A stretch of DNA of 64,000 bases from Minisyncoccota bacterium (GCA_965222235.1 OZ244939.1:557942-621941), one strand, 5' to 3'; shown: positions 9,368 through 20,628, numbered from the stretch's first letter. Translations and numbers: made by a program. Notes: generated by a model not told the origin, from the letters alone.

Positions 9368-11449
9368 ATGGCGACTGCAAAGAAGAAGACAACGGCTAAG
9401 ACCGGGAGGGGGACCACAGCAAAGAAGAAAACTGCTGGCACGTACGGCGCGAAGGATATTACCGTCCTTGAGGGGCTTGATGCGGTGCGCCGCCGCCCCG
9501 GCATGTACATCGGCACCACCGGCACCGACGGCCTGTACCACCTGATCTGGGAAGTGTTTGACAACGCGCGGGACGAGGCGATGGGAGGTCATGCTGACGA
9601 GATAGAGATTGTGCTGCTGCCCGGTGATGCGGTGCGGGTTGCCGACAACGGGCGGGGGATACCGACCGATATTCATTCAAAGACGAAGGTTTCCGCGCTT
9701 GAGACGATCATGACCACGCTGCACGCCGGCGGCAAGTTCGGCGACGGTGGCTACGCGGTATCCGGCGGTCTGCACGGCGTCGGTGTCTCCGTGGTTAACG
9801 CGCTGTCAAAGGAGGTGACGGCCGCGGTACACCGCGGCGGCTCCGTGTTTGAGCAGCTATACCGATTAGGGAAGCCGGTGACGAAAATGAAGAAGGTCGG
9901 GAAGACGGATGAGCGGGGGACGGTCATCACCTTCCGCCCCGACGAGTCCGTGTTTACCACGACGAAGTTTGACGGGACGGTCTTCTCTCCCGACCGGGTG
10001 CGGGATCACCTGCGCAGCCAGTCATACCTGGTGAAGTCCATGCATGTACGCATCGTTGATGCCCGCTCATCGTCCGTCAGCACGCCCGGGAACGACATAC
10101 TCTTCGTACACCAGCAGTTTCCTGACGCGCCGACCTATTCTTTTTTCTACGACAGCGGCCTCACCTCGTTTGTGCGACACCATAACAGCAGGCAGAAGCC
10201 TGTACACCAGCATATTTTCTATACGGAAAAGCAGATCGGTGCCGTGGGGGTTGAGGTCGCGCTCCAGTATGTTGACGACATCTCGTCCCGCATCTTTGCA
10301 TTCGGCAACACGATACCGAATGCCGAGGGCGGCACGCATGTGACGGGTTTCAAGACCGCGCTTACCCGGACGATTAATGCGTACGCGAAGGGGAAGAAGC
10401 TGGTGAAAGACGGTGACGGTTTCACCGGGGACGATGTGCTGGAGGGTATCACCGCCGTCGTGTCGGTGAAGATGCCCGAGATTCAGTTTGAGGGGCAGAC
10501 AAAGGCGAAGCTGGGGAGCGTTGAGGCACGCTCGGCGGTTGAGACGGTGTTCAGCGAGGCGTTCGGAACTTTTTTGGAGGAGCATCCGGCTGACGCGAAG
10601 AATATCATCATGAAGGTGTCTCTGGCGCAGCAGGCCCGCAAGGCGGCGCGTGCGGCGAAGGACAGTGTGCTGCGGAAGAGCGCGTTTGAGGTGGGCACCC
10701 TGCCGGGGAAGCTGGGAGACTGCCAGTCAAAGAGTATGTCTGAGTCCGAGCTGTTCATCGTTGAGGGTGAGTCCGCGGGCGGTACAGCGAAACAGGCGCG
10801 CGACCGCCGCACCCAGGCGGTACTGCCGCTCAAGGGAAAGATTCTGAATGTTGAGCGGGTGCGGATAGACCGGATGATGGCGTCTGAGGAGATCAAGTCG
10901 CTTGCCATCGTGCTGGGGACTTCTATCGGGGAGTCGTTTGATATTTCTAAACTGCGGTACGGCAAGATTATCATCGCCACCGATGCCGATGTTGATGGTG
11001 CCCATATCCGAACGCTGCTGCTCACCTTATTCTATCGCTATTTTAAACCACTCATTAAGGCGGGTCATATTTACTTCGCCCAGCCGCCGCTCTACAAGCT
11101 GAAGAAGGGGAAGGAGGAGCGGTACGCGTTTTCCGACGAGGACCGTGATTCGTTCATCAAAGAGCTTTCCAAAAAGAAATCTTCCGTCGCCGGGGACGAA
11201 GACGGCGGGGCGGATGAACAGGCAAAGGCCTCCGGCGTGTTCGTGCAGCGGTACAAGGGGCTGGGGGAGATGAACTACGAGGAGCTGCGGGATACCACTA
11301 TGGAACCGAAGAACCGGATTCTGAAGCAGGTTACGGTTGAGGATGCCGAGATTGCCGACAGGACCTTTGATATGTTGATGGGCAGCGAGGTCGCTCCCCG
11401 TAAGGTATTTATTCAGGAGAATGCGACCTACGCCACACTTGATGTGTAG
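9368..11449 (+). CDS. gyrB: DNA gyrase subunit B
   Basis: VRRRPGMYIG, DNGRGIP, HAGGKF, SGGLHGVG, VEGESAGG, DADVDG, RYKGLGEM. Confidence 0.95.
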   Translation: MATAKKKTTAKTGRGTTAKKKTAGTYGAKDITVLEGLDAVRRRPGMYIGTTGTDGLYHLIWEVFDNARDEAMGGHADEIEIVLLPGDAVRVADNGRGIPTDIHSKTKVSALETIMTTLHAGGKFGDGGYAVSGGLHGVGVSVVNALSKEVTAAVHRGGSVFEQLYRLGKPVTKMKKVGKTDERGTVITFRPDESVFTTTKFDGTVFSPDRVRDHLRSQSYLVKSMHVRIVDARSSSVSTPGNDILFVHQQFPDAPTYSFFYDSGLTSFVRHHNSRQKPVHQHIFYTEKQIGAVGVEVALQYVDDISSRIFAFGNTIPNAEGGTHVTGFKTALTRTINAYAKGKKLVKDGDGFTGDDVLEGITAVVSVKMPEIQFEGQTKAKLGSVEARSAVETVFSEAFGTFLEEHPADAKNIIMKVSLAQQARKAARAAKDSVLRKSAFEVGTLPGKLGDCQSKSMSESELFIVEGESAGGTAKQARDRRTQAVLPLKGKILNVERVRIDRMMASEEIKSLAIVLGTSIGESFDISKLRYGKIIIATDADVDGAHIRTLLLTLFYRYFKPLIKAGHIYFAQPPLYKLKKGKEERYAFSDEDRDSFIKELSKKKSSVAGDEDGGADEQAKASGVFVQRYKGLGEMNYEELRDTTMEPKNRILKQVTVEDAEIADRTFDMLMGSEVAPRKVFIQENATYATLDV

Positions 11450-11604
11450 TGTTTTCTTCCGGCGTGTATTGAATTCGCACCTGAAGTGCAACAAAAAGAA
11501 AAAACACATACGCCCGCTTGGTACTATGGATATGTTACTAACCATAACCAAACAGGCGTATGTACACTCATAGTACCATTACTAAGCGGATGGCGATAGC
11601 GACA

Positions 11605-12566
11605 CTTAATGGTTCAATACATTTGCACATAGCAGCGATACTGCAGATGTATGAGACAACATCCCAAGAAAATCATTCAAATATACAAAGAAACAAGAGA
11701 TATACAGCATACTGCTGAACTGCTCGGTATCCACAGAACCACGGTATCCCGGTGGCTGAGACGGGCACGGTCACCGTATCCCTACGGGGAACCGCGGTAT
11801 GTCATGCGGGGACTGCAGCGGAAGAGCACGAGACCGAAGAGACTGAGGGAACCGGCACTCTCCGGGGAGGAAAGAGTAGTCATTGCGGCAATGAGGCAGA
11901 AACGGGGATGGTGTGCCGAGAAACTCAGGGAGGAAACCGGTATAGCGGTATCAGTAAGTACGGTGAAACGGTTCCTGATAGCCCGTGGCTACATACGACA
12001 GAAGAAGCGACATCGTCGTCCCTTGTGTCAGAATACAGTACATATGCACGCAAAGAACGCTGAAACCGTCGGCTACCTCCAGATGGATGTGAAGTACCTC
12101 ACCCCTGAATTGACAGGATTGCCCTGGACCTGTTTCGAGTATGCCATCATAGACATTTACTCCCGATACAAGGATGCCGTCATATACAATGATCTGAATC
12201 AGAATAATGCCATTTCAGCTATGACGGAAATAGTGAACCGTCTACCCTTCAGAACAGTATTCATCCAAACGGATAACGGTCTTGAATTTCAAAAAAGATT
12301 CCATACCCATGTAACTGCTCTCTGTACAAAACACCACTATATTCACAAATCAAGTCCTAACGAGAATGCCGTCATTGAACGATCGTTCAGGACTGATGAG
12401 GAGGAGTTCATCTACTACAAGGCTCCTTTCAAAGAATATGACGATCTCAGAGAACAATACGCCCAATACCTCCATCATTACAACCATGAGAGACCGCATT
12501 TCGGCATTGACCTTAAGAAACCCATAGATGTGGTACACTCATGTGCAAATGTATTGAACCATTAAG
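11605..12566 (+). mobile_element. IS481-like element, 962 bp, 26-bp TIR, 6-bp target duplication GCGACA
   Basis: TIR cttaatggttcaatacatttgcacat; gcgaca at 11599-11604 and 12567-12572. Confidence 0.9.
11651..12565 (+). CDS. IS481-family DDE transposase
   Basis: N-terminal HTH; QMDVK, QTDNGLEF, NAVIERSFRT, YNHERPH. Confidence 0.9.
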   Translation: MRQHPKKIIQIYKETRDIQHTAELLGIHRTTVSRWLRRARSPYPYGEPRYVMRGLQRKSTRPKRLREPALSGEERVVIAAMRQKRGWCAEKLREETGIAVSVSTVKRFLIARGYIRQKKRHRRPLCQNTVHMHAKNAETVGYLQMDVKYLTPELTGLPWTCFEYAIIDIYSRYKDAVIYNDLNQNNAISAMTEIVNRLPFRTVFIQTDNGLEFQKRFHTHVTALCTKHHYIHKSSPNENAVIERSFRTDEEEFIYYKAPFKEYDDLREQYAQYLHHYNHERPHFGIDLKKPIDVVHSCANVLNH

Positions 12567-12572
12567 GCGACA

Positions 12573-13439
12573 CTGAAAAGAGCGGGGCTCTCACAGACAG
12601 CGATAGCAAGAGAGATAGGGGTACACAGAAGCACGGTATGCAGAGAGTTGCGGAGAAATGGCACGGAAAAGAAAGGGTATCGTCCAATATACGCGGAACG
12701 GAAGGCGAAAGAAAGAAGAAGAGAATCTAAGGAGCCCTACCGGAAGATAGACGGTGATCCTGATCTGCAGCAGAAAATTGAGCGGATGCTGCATCCTCTC
12801 ATCTCCCCTGAAGTAGTGGCACACCTCTGTGGTATACACCACCAGAGAATCTATGACCGGGTAAGAAGAGAGCGACCGGATCTCAAAGACAGGTTGCCGA
12901 GAAAAGGAAGGAAGAAAAGAAAGAAAACAGGAAAGAGGACAGTATGGGTCAGTACAACACGGTCAATACACAACAGACCGGAGACAGACGGGCTCTCCCG
13001 GGAGGGAGACACCCTGGTGGGGCCGACAAAGACAAGAATACTCACCCATGTGGAGAAGAAAAGCTTGTATCTTGATGCCAGAGTCATACGAGACGGTTTG
13101 TCCCACACCGTACATGAGACACTGCAAAAGAGACCGCTGCAGGGACAAATCACCTATGACTGCGGTTCTGAATTCACCCTATGGAAATGGATAGAAGAGG
13201 ATACGGGAGCGACTGTCTACTTTTGTGATCCTCATTCCCCGGGACAGCGGGGCAAGAATGAGAACACTAACGGCAGGCTCAGACGAGTCTACCCCAAGAA
13301 CACTGATCTCAGCACGATAGCACAACAGAATCTCAACAACATTGTCCACCTCATGAACAACACCCCGAGGAAGTCCCTTAACTGGAAAACTCCCGCTCAG
13401 GTGTATACTGCACTTGTTGCATCTCAGTCGAGAATCTAA
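12573..13439 (+). pseudogene. IS30 transposase, 3' part separated from its 5' end by the IS481 insertion
   Basis: EGDT, TYDCGSEF, PGQRGKNENTN motifs. Confidence 0.8.
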
Positions 13440-13457
13440 TACTTAGGCTCTTTTTAT

Positions 13458-14042
13458 TTGTTTTACATGGTACACTGCATAACAGTGGGTAAAATAGTAA
13501 TTGCACCGTTAATTATGATGCACATACTGGTGTTTTCTGTAGTTTTTGCGCAGGAAGAGAGAGTAGAACCACCGGAACCGCCACCATTACTATCTCCTCC
13601 GCGACAGGTGTATGAATCGGAAAAAATAGCGGAATTTGAAGATAGTCCGTATCCGGCGTATGCGGTTTACAACATATACGGCAGAGTAATCAAATTAGTG
13701 CAAGATTTTCCCTTCGGATATTACGCTGTTACCGAATATACCTGGTGGCCGAATAACTATCGGGAAGAACAGGATGAACAGGGCAGTTATTCCTACGATA
13801 ACCGGAAAAAAGAAGAAATCGGGTATCTGTATAAAAATGGAAAACAGTCCGCATACTATGAATTCACCTATGATGAAGAAGAAACCATTGTGGCAAAGAA
13901 ATCCGAAGGAGCATCTATTATACGAACATTGATATTTTTATTGGCCCCAATTTTAAGAGTAACAAACCAAGAAATAGCCGAAAATGAAGAAGTAAAAAAA
14001 CTACTTGATCTTGAAAAACCCACTACCCCAAACACCCCATAA
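13458..14042 (+). CDS. Hypothetical secreted protein (start uncertain)
   Basis: Signal-like segment ending VFAQ; acidic and aromatic body. Confidence 0.55.
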   Translation: MFYMVHCITVGKIVIAPLIMMHILVFSVVFAQEERVEPPEPPPLLSPPRQVYESEKIAEFEDSPYPAYAVYNIYGRVIKLVQDFPFGYYAVTEYTWWPNNYREEQDEQGSYSYDNRKKEEIGYLYKNGKQSAYYEFTYDEEETIVAKKSEGASIIRTLIFLLAPILRVTNQEIAENEEVKKLLDLEKPTTPNTP

Positions 14043-14374
14043 ACCGCTTCCGAGCACATACACCGCCGCGACTGTTATACCGAACACTGCGGCAACACCA
14101 ATTGCATCGCCTATTTTACGTGTCCACACCGACAGCACGAAATACCAAAGGCCAATCAACATCCACAGTATGATAAACGCCGTTCTGGTATACACATACT
14201 CCGACACCAGCACACCGTTGACTATTCGTAAAAGCAATGGCAAAACCAGAACAGCCAATGCCATAATGCCGAAAAAGGTGATAAGAAAAAACCTCAAGAC
14301 CGCCACCGATCTCTCCCAGATGCCCTCATCACCCTATCAAATATCTCCGAGAATATGAAGTCAAACATATAGCA
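14001..14374 (-). pseudogene. Frameshifted membrane protein, paralogue of 18150-18335
   Basis: MFDFIFSEIFDRVM... shifts frame into ...LRFFLITFFGIMALAV; DNA similar to ~18190-18335. Confidence 0.5.
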
Positions 14375-14691
14375 TTATACCATCTCAATATGGCACAGTA
14401 CCGTCTTTTTGGCAGGATACGTGATACACCGGCTGTAATAGAAAAGATGTCCCTCTTCCTTTTGTCTTGCTTGTAATAGTTGGGATAGTGCTGATATATA
14501 GTATTCGGAACATCCAGAAAACACCACATACTTACAATAATGGAGATGAGAAAACATCCGTTTATTTTTTATTTGAATTTTGTTCTTCAACCAAATTATT
14601 TTCAATATATTGAGTTAGTAATTGATTACTTTTTATCTACTTCAAATATTATTACCTTATAACCTATGATATGATTACATGTAAAGTATAT

Positions 14692-16272
14692 ATGAAAAAA
14701 CTAAAAATTAGTTTAATTATTACTGTCTTGGTTGTAGTTGGTTACGGTTTATTTGAGGTGCTTGATAGTCTTAGGGTTTCTATGCAACCTGAAAAACTAT
14801 ATAGTGGTAACACAACGGTGGCATTTGAAACAGAGCAACTTGCCTGTAATCATATTTTTAATAGTGATTTTGCATATGTCGTTGGTGGTGCTGTTATTGA
14901 TATAGATGGTTCTGGTAAAGAAAGATTTTTTGCGACTACTGGGGACGGACAAAAGGATTGTCTACTTGAAATTGGTAGTGACGGTAAAGTAACAGACATA
15001 ATAGACAGGGTTGGTATTAACAACACCATGGCAAGTTTTGGTGTTTTTGCGATTGATGTGGATGAGGACCAACTCACAGATTTATTTGTGGCAAGAGAGG
15101 GTGGACTTTATTTTTATAAAAACAAAGGAGGAATCTTTGAAGGCGGCTTATTATATGACAAATTTGAACCCCGTTCCACGCCAGTTGATATAGCCGTTTC
15201 AGATATAGACAGAGATGGAGATATTGATTTGTATATTTCTACTTTTATACAAGGCAGATTCTTTGCTTCGGCAAGTTTTAATAATACAAAAAACAGACAA
15301 AGGAATATACTACTTGAAAATACAGGTAATTTACAGTTTGTAGATTCAACAGCAAAACTCAACTTGGAATTTTCGCAAAATGTGTTCACATCTAATTTTG
15401 TAGATTTGAATAACGACGGATACGAAGATTTAATTATATCCCCCAACACTGATGTAGTTCATATATATAAAAATGATGGAACAGGTCGGTTTGAACTTGC
15501 ATACAAAGATGATAGATATGGATTTTGGATGGGAATTGGTATAGCAGACATTGATTCAGATGGGTATCTTGATCTTTTCTTCTCTAATTCTGGAAGTTCA
15601 ATTCCAGAAAAATTTTTACAAGGAGATTCAACTGACAGCCAAAAAGTTACTTCAGATTTTCTTTTGTTAAAGAATTTAGGAAATTTTCAATTTAAAAATG
15701 TTTTACCTGAAAAATATCACAACAAAATACCATTTGGTTGGGGGATAGTTGCACACGACTTTAACTTTGATAATGTGGATGACTTTTTAATTATGGAAAA
15801 TTATATACGATGGACACCTCATAAAATTAAAAAGAATCCAGGTAGTTTGTTAATAAATACAGAAGGAATGTTCGTTGATGCTATATCTTTGTTTGATTTA
15901 GAAAATAGAAATTATGGGTTTTCTGCTTTAGTTGGAGATTTGGATGGGGATGGTCTAGAAGATGTTCTGAATCTCAACATTGGTGGTAAATATGTGTTTC
16001 ATAAAAATGTATCTGTTGTAGATAAAGATAGGTTTGTGGTTCAATTCCCCTCAAGTTATAAATACACAAATACGACAGTCAGTATTGAATTTGATGATAA
16101 AACCACAATAACTAAACACCATATTAAAAAACAAGGAACAATGACGACACAAAAAGAAAGAGTATCTATTTATTTTCAAAACAAACAACCAACAAAGGTA
16201 AGTATAAAGTATTTAAACAAAGAAAAAGTTTTTGAAATCGCTAAAAATCAACGAGTGTTAATTGTTGAATAG
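14692..16272 (+). CDS. FG-GAP/VCBS-repeat (CRTAC1/ASPIC-UnbV-like) membrane-anchored protein, very low GC
   Basis: Repeated DxDxDGxxDL motifs; N-terminal TM helix. Confidence 0.8.
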   Translation: MKKLKISLIITVLVVVGYGLFEVLDSLRVSMQPEKLYSGNTTVAFETEQLACNHIFNSDFAYVVGGAVIDIDGSGKERFFATTGDGQKDCLLEIGSDGKVTDIIDRVGINNTMASFGVFAIDVDEDQLTDLFVAREGGLYFYKNKGGIFEGGLLYDKFEPRSTPVDIAVSDIDRDGDIDLYISTFIQGRFFASASFNNTKNRQRNILLENTGNLQFVDSTAKLNLEFSQNVFTSNFVDLNNDGYEDLIISPNTDVVHIYKNDGTGRFELAYKDDRYGFWMGIGIADIDSDGYLDLFFSNSGSSIPEKFLQGDSTDSQKVTSDFLLLKNLGNFQFKNVLPEKYHNKIPFGWGIVAHDFNFDNVDDFLIMENYIRWTPHKIKKNPGSLLINTEGMFVDAISLFDLENRNYGFSALVGDLDGDGLEDVLNLNIGGKYVFHKNVSVVDKDRFVVQFPSSYKYTNTTVSIEFDDKTTITKHHIKKQGTMTTQKERVSIYFQNKQPTKVSIKYLNKEKVFEIAKNQRVLIVE

Positions 16273-16469
16273 GGTTTTGGTGCTCTTGTTTGTGACATAC
16301 TTACCTATATGATATACCTCTGCCGTCATAAGCTGGGTGGAAAGTAGTTTGAGATGCAGGGTACTGCACTTTATCCGCTGAATGTTCTAAAAAGAAACTA
16401 TCTGTGTCTGTGTAGTTTTTTAAATTACTAATCGGCTATTATACCGAAGATAGAAACAATACCGTCATT

Positions 16470-16680
16470 ACATTCGGCGCACCTCACACCATTGTGTTTG
16501 AACTCTGGAAGCACTTTGACGACACCTCGCCCGCTCAAAAACAGGAAGGGCTTTCTGCGAAACACCTTCCTGTTTTTTCACTCTTTGGCTCGGCGGTGTC
16601 TGTTCCGTTTTGTTTTTTCCATTCCGTCTCGCTACTCCGCTACCACTCCGCAAAAATCAAAAATCGGAAATACTGTTTCA
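16470..16680 (+). repeat. Orphan recombinase-arm relic
   Basis: Encodes GAPHTIVFELWKHFDDTS; 16540-16680 resembles 45188-45327. Confidence 0.55.
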
Positions 16681-16822
16681 GTTTTGTTTCTCCATTCCGT
16701 CCTGTATACTCCGCTAACGCTCCATACACAGGAGTGGGAACGGGGTTTTTCTTGCTCATGTTTTCTTTTGGTTGTGAGATGTGGAAACATCCTGTGCTTC
16801 AGGTACTATATACTGAGCATAT

Positions 16823-17344
16823 ATGCAATTTCTCACAAAAATATTTCAGGGTCGTATGGATAGAATCACTTTTTTCTATTCTCGCTTTTTCTTCTCATTC
16901 TTCCGTGCATCAATTTTGTATATTTGATTGTATACAAAAATAGTGTTACTTCTTTTATTCGACTTACTTATTTTGAAGAACCGGTTCTTTTAATCTTCCT
17001 CTTTCTTTCTGTTGCTTCCGTTCCTCCTCGTACCCCTCGCTTCCCGGAGATTACAGGCTATCGGCTGGTCACGGTGGTTCTCTGTGTTAATCATCATTCC
17101 TTTGGTGAATATACTTGCCACAGCCATTCTCTCTGTTATTCCGGGAAAAAACATGGAAAGACATGTGAAGAATAAAAGTTATGCACTTCGCTGGCTCTTC
17201 CTTGTTCTCTTTATCGTTCTGGTACCCGTCATCTTTTCCTTTATTCGCTGGACAGTATGTCCTCCAAGAAAAGAGGGAAGGTTGTACAATGCCGTGTCTT
17301 ACTGTTCACCGACACCGCTGTATCAGAGAGTTATACACAACTAA
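16823..17344 (+). pseudogene. DUF805-like membrane protein with two frameshifts
   Basis: MQFLTKIFQGRMDR...RRLQAIGWS spread over three frames; first shift in a T tract near 16870. Confidence 0.7.
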
Positions 17345-17456
17345 CACATAGTATCAGACCCAAGACCGCAGAAACTGAAAAACTTGTACCGGTAGTACCA
17401 TGCGGTCACATTACACCACAGGCGAGCGGAAATTGTGTGAGTGATATACTATGTAT

Positions 17457-18002
17457 ATGCAATTTCTTAAGAAACTGTTTCAGGGTCGTGTGGGGAGATT
17501 TACATTTTTTCTGTGTACCTTCTATTTGATACTATTTCCATTGATTCAAATTTTCTATCTTATCTACTATACACAGGATCTTTCAAATTTCAGTACGGAT
17601 CCAATCTTCCTTGCTAAAGTGTTTCTGTCCCTCTATCTCGCACTCCCTTTTTTCCTTGTATCTGTTGCTTTTAGGCGATTACATGATATCGGTTGGTCAC
17701 AATGGCTCTCCGTATTAGTTGTTATTCCTGTAGTAAACTTATTTACCGCATTCGTCCTTTCTGTTACCCGGGGCAAAGAAAGTATGAAAAAATCTGAAAG
17801 ATATCTGAGGTTTTACCGGTGCCATTTTCTTTTCACCATTCTTTTCGTTCTCATTTTGTTTGTTAGTTTTGATATTATTCGCAAACAACTTTGTGGTTAT
17901 TGTCCTGAAGGGATGTTTTGCGCACAAGAAATTTATTGTATACCGGGTATACCGGGTGTACAGATGCCTGTAATACCAGCACCGGGTTCCGCATTACAGT
18001 AA
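17457..18002 (+). CDS. DUF805 family membrane protein
   Basis: FQGRVGR...RRLHDIGWSQW...IPVVN. Confidence 0.8.
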   Translation: MQFLKKLFQGRVGRFTFFLCTFYLILFPLIQIFYLIYYTQDLSNFSTDPIFLAKVFLSLYLALPFFLVSVAFRRLHDIGWSQWLSVLVVIPVVNLFTAFVLSVTRGKESMKKSERYLRFYRCHFLFTILFVLILFVSFDIIRKQLCGYCPEGMFCAQEIYCIPGIPGVQMPVIPAPGSALQ

Positions 18003-18149
18003 GAAAAGGTATTATGTATTGATTTTAGTTATACACTCATCATGTGCTGTCAGAATACGTTGTGGTAGAGTAAAATTTGTATGAACAATAACATCACATC
18101 AACAACAAACAAACTTCAGAGTGCCTCGGCACTCTTTATTATTTCCTCA

Positions 18150-18335
18150 TTACTCTTTACCTCTTCCTATTTTCTGTGTACCGTCATCAACCCGTAGAAG
18201 CAATGGCAAAATCACAACAGCCAACGTCATAATACCAAAAAAGGTGATAAGAAAAAACCTCAATGTCGTCGACCGATCTCTCCCGAACGCCCCCATCACC
18301 CTATCAGACATCTTCGAGAATATAAAGTCAAACAT
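18150..18335 (-). pseudogene. Truncated paralogue of 14001-14374
   Basis: MFDFIFSKMSDRVMGAFGRDRSTTLRFFLITFFGIM then loss of homology. Confidence 0.45.
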
Positions 18336-18465
18336 ACATATACCACTATAGCACCCCAGTATGACACACCACCGTCTCAACATTTCACAGAGTGTGTACC
18401 TCTCTGAGGTTTTCACGGACCGTACAAGCAGCAATAGGGTGTGCACCATGTTACACTCTATGTAT

Positions 18466-18927
18466 ATGCGTTTTTTGAAAAAATGGTTTCAGGGTCGTGC
18501 AGGGAGAGACATGTTTCTATTATCCGCACTATTTCTTTTGGTAATCCCGTTGTTACAGTTCCTTTCTTTTTCTTATTTATACAGTATTGTTCTTTTTCCT
18601 CATTTTCCAGAAGAACCACAACAATTCTTTATAGCATCTCTTCTCATACTCCTTATACTTCCGCTTTTCCTTCTGCCGGTCACCGTACAACGCTTGCGTG
18701 ATATGAATCGATCAAGACGGTTTGCTATATTCATCGGCATCCCTTTCGTAAATATATTTACCGCATCCCTTTTTTCTATTATTCCGGGAAGTAAAAAGAA
18801 AAGCATCTCAAGAGATAAGTCACACTCTCTTAAAAGAAGCGTTGTTGTACTTTGCAGTATTCTATACATTATCCTGCTTGTTGTTGTCCTCGGTCTGTTT
18901 ATATATATATGCTCGTTGGTGCGGTGA
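18466..18927 (+). CDS. DUF805 family membrane protein
   Basis: FQGRAGR...VQRLRDMNRSR...IPFVN. Confidence 0.75.
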   Translation: MRFLKKWFQGRAGRDMFLLSALFLLVIPLLQFLSFSYLYSIVLFPHFPEEPQQFFIASLLILLILPLFLLPVTVQRLRDMNRSRRFAIFIGIPFVNIFTASLFSIIPGSKKKSISRDKSHSLKRSVVVLCSILYIILLVVVLGLFIYICSLVR

Positions 18928-19096
18928 TCGGTGTACTGATGGTGAAATTTGTAACACCATTGCCGCTTCTCCTTGCAGAGGTTGATCATTTTTGTAAATT
19001 ATGCACACCTAATAACACCACAAGACACAAAAATTGATGTTAATATTGCACTTGTATGCACAATAGCATCATATCAATAACAAACAAACTTCAGAG

Positions 19097-19826
19097 ATTA
19101 GACTCTCGACTGAGATGCAACAAGTGCAGTATACACCTGAGCGGGAGTTTTCCAGTTAAGGGACTTCCTCGGGGTGTTGTTCATGAGGTGGACAATGTTG
19201 TTGAGATTCTGTTGTGCTATCGTGCTGAGATCAGTGTTCTTGGGGTAGACTCGTCTGAGCCTGCCGTTAGTGTTCTCATTCTTGCCCCGCTGTCCCGGGG
19301 AATGAGGATCACAAAAGTAGACAGTCGCTCCCGTATCCTCTTCTATCCATTTCCATAGGGTGAATTCAGAACCGCAGTCATAGGTGATTTGTCCCTGCAG
19401 CGGTCTCTTTTGCAGTGTCTCATGTACGGTGTGGGACAAACCGTCTCGTATGACTCTGGCATCAAGATACAAGCTTTTCCTCTCCACATGGGTGAGTATT
19501 CTTGTCTTTGTCGGCCCCACCAGTGTGTCTCCCTCCCGGGAGAGCCCGTCTGTCTCCGGTCTGTTGTGTATTGACCGTGTTGTACTGACCCATACTGTCC
19601 TCTTTCCTGTTTTCTTTCTTTTCTTCCTTCCTTTTCTCGGCAACCTGTCTTTGAGATCCGGTCGCTCTCTTCTTACCCGGTCATAGATTCTCTGGTGGTG
19701 TATACCACTTAGTAATGGTACTATGAGTGTACATACGCCTGTTTGGTTATGGTTAGTAACATATCCATAGTACCAAGCGGGCGTATGTGTTTTTTCTTTT
19801 TGTTGCACTTCAGGTGCGAATTCAAT
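19097..19826 (-). mobile_element. IS30 copy with an internal deletion of the 5' part of the transposase
   Basis: Near identical to 11468-13440 with both TIRs; actaag joined directly to tggtatacacc. Confidence 0.85.
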
Positions 19827-20198
19827 TCCGACATTGATAAACTTGATGCCAACGAAAGAGAAGTCGGCGGCATGATCGGAGACAGCGATACGGATGCTCT
19901 CACCTGGACCTACACCTCAGTGGATATCGGCAGATCAACGAACGAAGAAGGACTTATCGGCTATTGGGCACGGGTAAGTGAAAAACCAAATGTGCTGTTC
20001 AGCCATTACGACTCCGGCAAAACCACCTCACAGAGTCTCAGTACCAGCGCGGTAGGGAAAACAATCCGTGAACTGAAGGAAGGTATCCAATCAGCCCTCA
20101 GTCTGGATATGACCACCATCTACAACAGCTGGAGTGCCGACACCTGGGACTTCCGTACAACAAATCAACTCCCGAGACTCAAAACATTGAATTATTAA
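19827..20198 (+). pseudogene. C-terminal remnant of a GLUG-like secreted protein truncated by IS30
   Basis: VGGMIG...GLIG...WSADTWDF...PRLK; followed by a hairpin at 20221-20260. Confidence 0.5.
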
Positions 20199-20275
20199 AG
20201 ATAGTCATGCACCTCTGAAAATCCGCCCGTGAAAACTCTTTCGGGAGATTCACGGCGGATACACCTCTTTTACCT

Positions 20276-20588
20276 TCAAGCCTTGTTCACAACCTTCTGC
20301 TTGAACTGAAAAAACATTTTGAAAACACCTCGTCCGCTCCGCCCACTCAGTAACTTTAATCCCAATCATACGCTCCAATTGCTCAGTAAACCCTTTCACC
20401 AAAGAATTCGGAGCGTCGCTCGCAAGCATGCGCAAGCTCGCATCGCGCAAATTTTTCCACTTCGCTCATCCGACTGGCGGCTTTGCCACCATCGGTAACG
20501 CCAATCACCATCTCCATTTTCTTCTGCCTTTTTTCCGCGCGGAGCGCGTGAAGGGGGCGGTACTGAATTGAAGAAGAAAATGGGGTGG
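20276..20588 (+). repeat. Arm A (313 bp), inverted copy at 24233-24545
   Basis: No mismatch seen by eye; the ORF track gives identical peptides on opposite strands. Confidence 0.95.
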
Positions 20589-20628
20589 CGAAAGGCATGA
20601 AACAACGGAGACACCACCCTATTTTTGT

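Larger units (their letters stand above)
11468..13440 (+). mobile_element. IS30-family element interrupted by an IS481-like element
   Basis: Imperfect ~27-bp TIRs attgaattcgcacctgaagtgcaacaa / ttgttgcatctcagtcgagaatctaat; C-terminal QRGKNENTNGRLR...NNTPRKSL. Confidence 0.85.
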
